Of a stretch of DNA of 64,000 bases, positions 19,058-28,100 are shown one piece after another (position 1 is the stretch's first letter; each line of letters starts with the position of its first letter). The DNA comes from a virus. The stretch lies in IMG/VR virus record IMGVR_UViG_3300043446_001478, positions 2,604 to 66,603 of that record. One strand, 5' to 3'. Position numbers and translations under genes: made by a program. Below the pieces are notes generated by a model. It saw nothing but the letters and a program-made list of their open reading frames with translations, made no database searches and had not been told where the DNA came from.

Positions 19058-19725
19058 AAGTAATTACTGATTCAAGAAAATTTAAACAAGAAATGAATAA
19101 TATTATGGAGTATTCTTTTGGATTTTTGGAAGGAATGCAAAGAGGAAAGAGGGCATTATACTCAGCACTTGGACCACAAATTTCAGAATATGCTTCACAA
19201 TTTATAGATGCAAATGCAAGAGTGGCACCACAACTTCTACATCACGTATACGAGTGGGATAAAACAGGAAGCCCAGAGGCAAGACTTTTTGATATTAGTT
19301 TTACTATTAGCAATGTAGGACTTACATTTAAATCATCGTTTAAACAATCATCATCAATTAAGGACGGATCAAATGTTCCTTTTTATAATAAGGCAGAAAT
19401 AATGGAAAAAGGAATTGCAGTTACTATTGCACCTAAAAAAGCAAATGCACTAAGATTTGAAATAGATGGAGAACCAGTATTTACAAAAAATCCTGTAGTT
19501 GTAGAAAATCCAGGAGGACAGACACAAGGTCAATTTGAAAATACTATTAATAATTTTTTTGGTAATTACTTTAGACAATCATTTTTAAAGGCAAGTGGAC
19601 TACAAGAACATTTTAAATATCCAAAAGTATATAAACAAAATATTAGGGCTGGAAAATTACAAGGCAGATCTGCTGGTATTCGTACAGGATACCAATGGGT
19701 TGCTAGTGCAGGAGTGATTCGATAA
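19054..19725 (+). CDS. Neck/tail-completion protein, putative
   Basis: Synteny; I.PKKA.ALRF...VF...V..PG motif seen in HK97 gp10-like proteins. Confidence 0.5.
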   Translation: MKVITDSRKFKQEMNNIMEYSFGFLEGMQRGKRALYSALGPQISEYASQFIDANARVAPQLLHHVYEWDKTGSPEARLFDISFTISNVGLTFKSSFKQSSSIKDGSNVPFYNKAEIMEKGIAVTIAPKKANALRFEIDGEPVFTKNPVVVENPGGQTQGQFENTINNFFGNYFRQSFLKASGLQEHFKYPKVYKQNIRAGKLQGRSAGIRTGYQWVASAGVIR

Positions 19726-20315
19726 TGGCTATATCTAATCCAATAATTTTTATTAATGACTATTTAAGAGAAAAACTATCAGATCTTTTGCCACCAGCAA
19801 ATATAGATGTAGATGTTCCATTTTTCCCAACAAGTCCATCAACAATTGAACAATTAACACAAACTGCTGTTATAAATAATGAAGGACAATTATTTGCGGT
19901 ATACGATAGAATGTTTAGATTGCGTAGAAGTCCTTTCCCACACATTAAAGATGAACAGGCCATTTATTATTTTTATGCCTTAGATATTCCATACATGCTT
20001 GATGCTCTCCAGCATATATCAGACCTACTTGATAGGGGAGACGAATCTGCTCAGGAACTAAATACCTGGATTAAATCTAAACTAGAAGATGATGTATATA
20101 TTAAAAATAAGGGTACTACAAATGAAAAGTCATTTCTTCCAGTATATTTTCATGAAACAAACATCTACCATTTACAAGAAACTAGAGACATTATTGATTT
20201 TGGAACTGCCAGAACCTATGCAGGCAATAAGATTATAGTAAACTACTGCTATCACAGTGTCGGTGAAAAACGTTCTGGGTCTAAAACTACATATAATGAT
20301 ACCCAAATAAACTAA
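19725..20315 (+). CDS. Tail terminator protein, putative
   Basis: Position immediately before tail tube gene. Confidence 0.45.
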   Translation: MAISNPIIFINDYLREKLSDLLPPANIDVDVPFFPTSPSTIEQLTQTAVINNEGQLFAVYDRMFRLRRSPFPHIKDEQAIYYFYALDIPYMLDALQHISDLLDRGDESAQELNTWIKSKLEDDVYIKNKGTTNEKSFLPVYFHETNIYHLQETRDIIDFGTARTYAGNKIIVNYCYHSVGEKRSGSKTTYNDTQIN

Positions 20316-20316
20316 T

Positions 20317-20332
20317 AAAAAGGCTGTATAAT
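20317..20332 (+). promoter_or_regulatory. Promoter of tail tube gene (AAAAAGGCTGTATAAT)
   Basis: Perfect TATAAT in intergenic DNA; 15/16 match to 14554-14569. Confidence 0.6.
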
Positions 20333-20386
20333 TATCAATGAGGAAACACGCCTTTTAATTTCTAGAAAAATAAAGAGGTGAAATAT

Positions 20387-21010
20387 ATGGCTTATACTCG
20401 TGGTACAAGCAACAACATTATCGTTGGTGCTGCTGCCCTCTTCACATATGAAGATGGCGTTTTGCCAGAGGCTGGTGTCCTTCCAGGATATTCAGCAGGC
20501 GTATCTTACAAGACGACTCTTTCTGATGAAGAAGGGTTCCGTAACGTAGGATATACAATGAATGGTTTGGAACTTCAATTCCAGCCAGACTTTGGAGAAG
20601 TATCTGTCGATCAGGTTCTTGACGTTGCAAAGTTGTTCAAGCAAGGTATGAAGGTTAATCTTAATACTACATTTGCTGAAGCAACATTGGAAAATCTTTT
20701 GTTTGCACTTGCAAGCAAGGATAGCAATCTAACAAGCGTATCTGGTAATCCAACATTAAATCTTTCCGCAGGCGACATCGGTGAATGCCCAGTCGAACGT
20801 GGTTTGGTTGCTGTAGGACCTGGAACTGGTGATTGCGCTGCATCTGACCAGATCGAAAGAGTTTATGTTGCATACCGTGCACTTTCAATTGAAAATGTAA
20901 CCGTGTCTGCAAAGCGTGATGCTGCTTCTATGTTTGAAGTTTCATTCCGTCTTCTTCCAAATGATGCAGGTTCATATGGTAAGATCGTAGATCGTACTAT
21001 CCCAGCATAA
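20387..21010 (+). CDS. Major tail (tube) protein
   Basis: VGYT..G.EL...P....V.VDQ, T.FAEATLENL..A motifs of siphoviral tube proteins; GAGGTG RBS; terminator follows. Confidence 0.85.
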   Translation: MAYTRGTSNNIIVGAAALFTYEDGVLPEAGVLPGYSAGVSYKTTLSDEEGFRNVGYTMNGLELQFQPDFGEVSVDQVLDVAKLFKQGMKVNLNTTFAEATLENLLFALASKDSNLTSVSGNPTLNLSAGDIGECPVERGLVAVGPGTGDCAASDQIERVYVAYRALSIENVTVSAKRDAASMFEVSFRLLPNDAGSYGKIVDRTIPA

Positions 21011-21024
21011 TACAACTTAATAAT

Positions 21025-21063
21025 ACAGGAGACCCAGTCTTTATGACTGGGTTTTTCTGTTTT
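21025..21063 (+). terminator. Rho-independent terminator after tail tube gene
   Basis: GACCCAGTC-TTTAT-GACTGGGTT stem-loop followed by TTTCTGTTTT. Confidence 0.8.
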
Positions 21064-21077
21064 GGTATAATGTATTT

Positions 21078-21764
21078 ATGCCAACTCAAATTTATGATAA
21101 TACAATTGTGACATTAATTGATGGAACAGAACTATACATTACTCCTTTAAAAATAAAATATTTAAAATTATTTATGCAAGAATTTGAACGGGTTAAAAAA
21201 TCTAAAAATGATGATGAGGCAATAGATGCATTGGCATACTGCACAACTATTATGATGAGGCAGTATTGTCCAGAAATAAAAACACAACAACAATTAGAGG
21301 ATAGAATTGACCTTCCAACAGTATATAAAATATTAGAATATTCTGCAGGCATTAAAATAAATGAAAAATCTGAAAAACCAGTAAAAGAGCAAGCCGAAAA
21401 AAGTGGATCAACTTGGGATGACTTAGATTTGGCAGAATTAGAGTCAGAGGTTTTTCTTCTCGGTATTTGGAAAGATTATGAAGAACTAGAATCTTCAATG
21501 TCAATGCCAGAGATGACAGCAACTTTAAAAATAAAAAGAGACTTAGATTATGAGCAAAAAAAGTTTTTGGCAGCAATGCAGGGTGTAGATTTAGATAAAG
21601 CAAGTGGTAAACAGGACGCATGGGAAGAAATGAAAGCCAGGGTATTTAGTGGTGGCAAAGCAGCAGACTCAAAAGACATATTAGCACTACAAGGACAAAA
21701 TGCAACTACGGCTGGTTTTGGTATTGGTTTGGGATTAGAATACGAAGATCTTACCCAAAAATAA
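21078..21764 (+). CDS. Tail assembly chaperone, long (gpGT-like) form
   Basis: Between tube and tape measure genes; N-terminal ~95 aa homologous to 21810..22133, followed by a distinct C-terminal domain. Confidence 0.7.
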   Translation: MPTQIYDNTIVTLIDGTELYITPLKIKYLKLFMQEFERVKKSKNDDEAIDALAYCTTIMMRQYCPEIKTQQQLEDRIDLPTVYKILEYSAGIKINEKSEKPVKEQAEKSGSTWDDLDLAELESEVFLLGIWKDYEELESSMSMPEMTATLKIKRDLDYEQKKFLAAMQGVDLDKASGKQDAWEEMKARVFSGGKAADSKDILALQGQNATTAGFGIGLGLEYEDLTQK

Positions 21765-21809
21765 AGGTTGATTGTGGTATAATTATTTCACTTACCTTAA
21801 GGAGGAATA

Positions 21810-22133
21810 ATGGCAGAAAAGCCTACAAAAAAGACTGTAAAACTCATCGATGGATCAGAACTTGCTGTACAACCATTAAAGATCTCATTGCTAAGACCTT
21901 TTATGAAGAAGTTTGCTGATTTAGCAACCGTTAGTGATGATAATGATAAATCAATGGATATCTTGTTAGATTGTGTTCAGATTGCGATGAAACAATATAA
22001 ACCAGAATTATCAGAAAATAAAGATGATTTAGAAAACTTACTAGATCTTCCTACAGTCTATGAAATTATTGATGCTGCAACAGGATTCCAAAATGCTGAT
22101 GCAAGTACATTAATTAGTTCCATGTCTAAGTAA
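21810..22133 (+). CDS. Tail assembly chaperone, short (gpG-like) form
   Basis: 107-aa helical protein directly before TMP; own TGGTATAAT promoter (21775-21783) and AAGGAGG RBS. Confidence 0.7.
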   Translation: MAEKPTKKTVKLIDGSELAVQPLKISLLRPFMKKFADLATVSDDNDKSMDILLDCVQIAMKQYKPELSENKDDLENLLDLPTVYEIIDAATGFQNADASTLISSMSK

Positions 22134-22161
22134 AAATAAATAAAAAGAGGTGTTATGAAAA

Positions 22162-25100
22162 TTGGCAGATGTAAATTCTAATATTAATATAAATTTTAAC
22201 ACTGCCGATGCCTTAGCACAGTTAAGAAAATTACAGGCTGGCCTCAGCACGTTTCACCAGACTCTTGCTGAGGGTAACCTTGCTGCAGCAAATGCTCAAA
22301 AAGGTTTAAATGCTCAATTAATACAAACAATAGGTGCAACTGGAAAATTCTCTGCAAGTCAGACTAAGGTTGCATCAAGTACTTTATCTTTTACCAATGC
22401 ATTAGAAAAAAATAAATTATCTCTTCGTGAATATTACAGATACTCTATGGCTGCTGCTACAGCCAATACTACTCTTTTATCCAAGGCATTTGCACAAGAA
22501 CGAGAAATTATTAATCGTGCTCGTAGAGATAGGGTAAAACTTCTTCAGTCACAATATATACAATTAAACAAAGCAAATGCTGGCTTTATTGATGCATTAA
22601 AAATAATGCCAAGGTCTTTGGCAATGGCCAATGGTAGATTTACAGAACTTGGAACTAGAATTCAATATGCTGCACAGAGACAACAAATTTTAAATAAATT
22701 ATTAATGCAAGGATCCACAAATCTCCTTAATTTTGGTAAAAACATGCAATGGGCTGGCCGTCAGTTAATGGTTGGTTTATCTATACCAATGATGATGCTA
22801 GGTGGTTATGCATCTAAAGCATTTAGAGAATTAGAGCAAGCCACTGTTAAGTTTAGACGTGTTTATGGTGATGCATTTACTAATGATTCAGAAGTAGAGG
22901 CAGCAGTACAAAATATTAAAATGCTTGCCAAAGAATATATTAAATATGGCGTTGCAGTTAAAGATACAATGGATATGGCATCTACTGCAGCAGCAGCAGG
23001 TTTCTCAGGTAAAGCATTAACACAGCAGGTTAATGCTGCGACTAAACTTGCAGTTCTTGGACAAATTGATCAGCAAAAAGCACTTGAAACAACAATATCA
23101 TTACAAAATGCCTTTGGGTTATCTGCAGATCAACTTGCAGAAAAGATTAACTTTTTAAATGCTGTTGAAAACCAAACAGTATTATCTATTGATGATTTAA
23201 CAACTGCCATTCCTAAAGCAGCACCAGTTATTAAACAACTTGGTGGTAGTGTTGAAGATCTTGCATTCTTCCTTACAGCAATGAAAGAAGGTGGAATCAA
23301 TGCAGCAGAAGGTGCCAACGCAATTAAGTCTGGCCTTGCAGCATTAATTAATCCAACAAAACGAGCATCGGATATGCTTGCTGGATTTGGAATTAATATT
23401 AAAGGTTTGATAGAAGCCAATAAGGGCGACATTAAAGGTATAGTAGTTGGTTTTGCAAGAGCACTTGATACGCTTGATCCACTTAATCGTGCTCGTGCTA
23501 TTGAACAGTTATTTGGTAAATTCCAATTTGCACGTTTATCTACATTATTCCAAAATGTTGCAAAAGGTGGATCACAGGCATCAAGAGCATTTGATTTAGC
23601 AGGAGCATCTGTAGAAGAGTTAGCAATTTTGTCTGAACGAGAAATGAAAAAGGTTCAGGATGCAGTAGGTACAAAATTTCAGGCAGCAGTTGAACAGTTC
23701 AAACAAGACATAATGCCACTTGGCAAATCATTTTTAGAAGCAGTAACTCCTATAGTAAAGTTTTTTGGAAAGTTATTTGAAAAATTTAATAATTTAGGAG
23801 ACGGAACCAAAAAAGTTATAACAATTATTGCAGGTTTGGTTGCTGGTTTAGGTCCAGTTTTATTAATGACATTCGGTCTTCTTGCAAATGGTTTGGCCAA
23901 TTTAATTAAATTATTTGCAACAATTAGAGGTGGAATTGCTAAACTTAATGGACAAACAAATGTTTTAGGTGCTGGTTTTAATTATGTAACACAAGAACAA
24001 ATTGATCAACAGGCATCAGCACAAGCATTACATAATACACATACAAAACTAACAGAAGTTTTTAACGTTGAAAAAGTTGCAGCAATTCAATTAGCAGAAG
24101 CCTATATGCAATTAAGTAGTCAAATGAGAGCAATGGCACAACAAAATCCAGGTCTATTTGTTGGGGGGATGGGTGGAACAGTTAAGGCTGTTAAAAATTT
24201 ACCTCCGATTCCAAAAGTTAAAAAGTTTGCAGATGGAATAGTTAGTGTTCCAGGACCAAAGGGTGCTGGCGATGTTGTTCCAGCAATGGTTTCTCCAGGT
24301 GAGGCAATTATTCCTACCAAGACTTCTGAAAAATATCGTGGACTCATTACTGCAATGTTTAATGATAATGTTCCAGGATTTGCAACTGGAAGATTACCAT
24401 GGGGTTCAAATCATCCAATTAAACAGTCTGGCGCTGTGGATATCGGTATGCCAAAGCGTTTTGCAGAAACAACACAATCAAGAGAAATTGCTGCAAGAAT
24501 AGATGCTGCAGTTAGATCTGGAAAATTTTCTAAAATGCCTCCGACAGATTTTGGTACATTGCTACAACCATTCTCTGGCAGAAGTTTTCCAATTCGTGGA
24601 GTAGGTGGAGTATATAGAAAGCCAGATGGAAAACTTGTAGTTGTTAAGCCAACTATGGATGAGAAAACTGCTTTAGCAGAAGTTCGTGCTACAGAAATAG
24701 CAAGAGAAGTTCATGGCTTGACATCTCCAAAACAAGAAATTAGAACAATGATTGATCCAACAGATTCAACTGGTCAGAGAAAATTAATTGTTTTAGAATC
24801 ACCATATGATCCAAAAATTGCAGCAGCAACTGGTAAATTTACAAAGAGAGACATGATTAAACAGTTGGTTGCATCAACTTTAAGAGCAGATAAAGATTTA
24901 CAACAAGCAAACATATCTGGAAATATATTGGCAGATGTTGGTACTGCTGGTGTATTTGCAAGGGCTTCTGGCTTTAGAGATTATGCAAGTAATCTTCCAG
25001 GAATGGGAGAAATGGGATTAATAAACCTACTCGGTGTCAAGGGTGGCGCTAAAAAGTTTTTTGCACAAGAAACATCTTCTATAGCATCAGGCATGACTGC

Positions 25101-28100
25101 AAAGCAATATGAAGATGCCATATTAAAAGAAATTAATTCTGATTTACCAAAATTAAGAAAATTAATAGATAAATGGAATCTAAATCCAGTTGAAAAGCAA
25201 GCATATGAGGCAATGTATCAAAGACTTGAAGAAGGCAAAAAGGTAGACTGGAAAAAATTACACTCTGTTCATATTGCTGCTGGAAATGTTACTAAAAAAT
25301 ATTCAGATGGTATAGATCCATCTCCTAACGAAAAAGTAATGAAAGAAGCAATATCTAGATATATGCTTGAGGGTAATCAATCAGATAAGATATTAGCAAA
25401 TTTAAAAGGAGAGTTTGATACAAAATTTATAAATAAATTAAATAAATTAAAAAATATAGATCCAGAAAGAGCAGCGCTAATACAACAAGCGTGGCATGGT
25501 GGTGGAAAGTATAAGCAAGGAAGACAATCTCAGTTCCATCATGTATTAAAAGATATGGTTCCCATTAAAGTTGGCGAAGAAACCCTTTATATTTCTAAAA
25601 CAGATTTTAATAAATTTGCATCGGATCCAGAAAAACAACTTAAATATGCAAGATCAAAAGATTATATAATTGATCGTGGTCTTTATAGAATGGGACTTGC
25701 TCCAGATCAAACTGGCAGATTTGTAGGTGGAGGAGATTTAACAAAGTCACGAGCATTAAGTGCAAAACATTTTGCTTTTGATTTACAAACATCTAATAAA
25801 TCAGCAGGTGGCGGAAGAGGATTATTATCTAAAACTGTTAGAAAAATTGCAGATGATCAAAGAAAAATATTTCAAGCATCAATGGGAGATCCATTAAAGA
25901 CTACTGCAGGACAGATATTAAAGGATGCAAAATATTCTCCTGAAGATATTAAATATTTATTAAGACCAGAACTTTCTCACCTAGAAGGACATCAGTTGGG
26001 AGAAAGACAAGGTTCACAATCAATGAAAACTGGCTACGGTATGTATGATGCCAGACTTGTAAATAATTTCATGAATTCTAAAAAACGACATAGCAAACTT
26101 CTTCAATGGAATGAAGATGAATATTCAAAACTAGCAAGTGGCAAAAAGGGATATCCATTTTTAAGTCCAGAACAAATAGATGAATATAAAAAGGCAGCAA
26201 CCTTTATGTCTCTTGAAAGGCATCCAGTTAATGCCATAGAAAGAGAATTAGTTGCTAAAGCAGTAGAGTTAGATATTTTAGCATTAAATGCTAAAGAAAA
26301 AGGAATTAAGGTTCCAGGTACTACACAGAGTCCTTCAGCAAACTTACGAGCACTTAAAGCAATACTTGATCCAAATAGTAAAATTAAACCAAGTAGTTTA
26401 ATGGATCTTCAGGCTTTAGAATCAGGAAAGGTATTGGTTCAACCAGGAGAAATTCAAGTTAATAATCAAACTGGAAAAATTTCTATAGTTCGTGGAGGAA
26501 TGACTGCCCCAACTGGATCTGTAAGGATTGGCGGAAGTCAAGCAGATAAAATTATTGGCGATGAAAAAAAGAATACATATTATTCAAAAAAATCATTTAT
26601 GCCTCAATCAACATCAAGAAGTTTGGCATTTTATGGAAGAGAAACTGGAACACCAGGTGCAATTGATAGATTAAGTAATAATGCTAGAGGCAGAATTACA
26701 AATGCAATAAGAGAGCAAGAAAGATTATTAAAACAACAAAATAAATATACAAAAGAACAAATTGATTCTGCAATGAAATCATATAGAAGAAAATTGGTCG
26801 CTGATGAACAGGCAAAAGCAATTTCTTATAGACAGCAACAAATAGCAAGAGAAGAAATAAGACAACAGCAAAGTAAAGTATTAAACGATAAACAGGCAGC
26901 ATTGGCTGCAAAACAACAGCAAAAAGAAACTGTAAAACAAAATAGAATGATGCGTCAAGAAAAGATTGGCAGATTTTCTGGTGGAACATCTATGGTTCTT
27001 GGAACTGCTGGAATGGCAGCAATGATGAGCGGTCATACTGGAGTTGGTGCAGCATTAACTGGAGCCTCTGCAATTGCTGGAATGGCACCTATGTTTGCTG
27101 GTATGGGTCCAATAGGAATTGGAGTAACAGCAGTTGCTGCACTTGCTGGCGGTATGTATATGTTAGATCGTGCTGCCAAAAAGGCTGCAGAATCACAATC
27201 AAACTATATAGATTCTATTACCGCTACAACTAGTAAGATGGCACAAATTGGAGAAATAACAAATAAAGTTGGTGCTTCTGAAATAATGGCAAGAAGAAGA
27301 CTTGGAACTGTTTCAGATAAGTATACAACTGGATTTGAAAGAGGAAAACAACAATTTGGTACAACATTTTTAGATAGCAGTGTCGGCAAAGATATGTTAA
27401 AAACACTTACGGATAACTTACAAAAGTCAGGTACCGTTGCTGTAAAAAATATAGCAGCAGAACTTTCTGCTTATATTTCTGACGGTATTTTAACTGCTGA
27501 ACAAGCACACAGTATTGCTCGTGCAATAGGAATTAATTTACAAGATATGACTCTTGCAATGAATATTAGTGCACAGGTAACAGATCTTGTTGGACCTAAT
27601 GGAGAAAACTTAGTCAATAATCCATTACAAACAAGACTCAACATAGTTAATGCATCAATGTCTAATGCAGGTCTTATTCAATCTCAATTGGATAAAGAAA
27701 AGGCATCTGGAACTCCTTTTAGCAAAGAGGCAAGAAATTATAGAGCACAGCAGGCAGCATTGGGTGTTCAAGGATTAGAAATTAATCAAGCACAACTTGA
27801 TTCTTATAATTTATATTATGAAAAACAAATTAAATCTTTGGAAACTCAAAAAGCAATTACTACAGACAAGCAAAAACAAAAAGATCTTGATACACAGATT
27901 AAAACACTTCAAGATGAACAACTTGCGGGTCAGGGAAAGTTTGCTGAAAATTCAAAGAAAATATTAGAGGATCAACTTAATGCATTTAAAGATGCACAAA
28001 AGTATGGTGGTCAAGTAGAGTCGGCATTTTTTAATTCTCTTAAAAATCAAGTAAAAACTAAATATAAAGGAACAGCACAAGAAGGATTTGTAGATTCACT

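Noticed and set aside
21078-22161. Programmed -1 frameshift in the tail chaperone locus
   Set aside because: The long gene is already a single open frame and no T frame follows the short gene.
22155-22181. Out-of-frame ATG mini-ORF (MKIGRCKF) overlapping the TMP start
   Set aside because: Only 2 nt from the GAGGTG SD, too close for efficient initiation; the TTG at 22162 has proper spacing.
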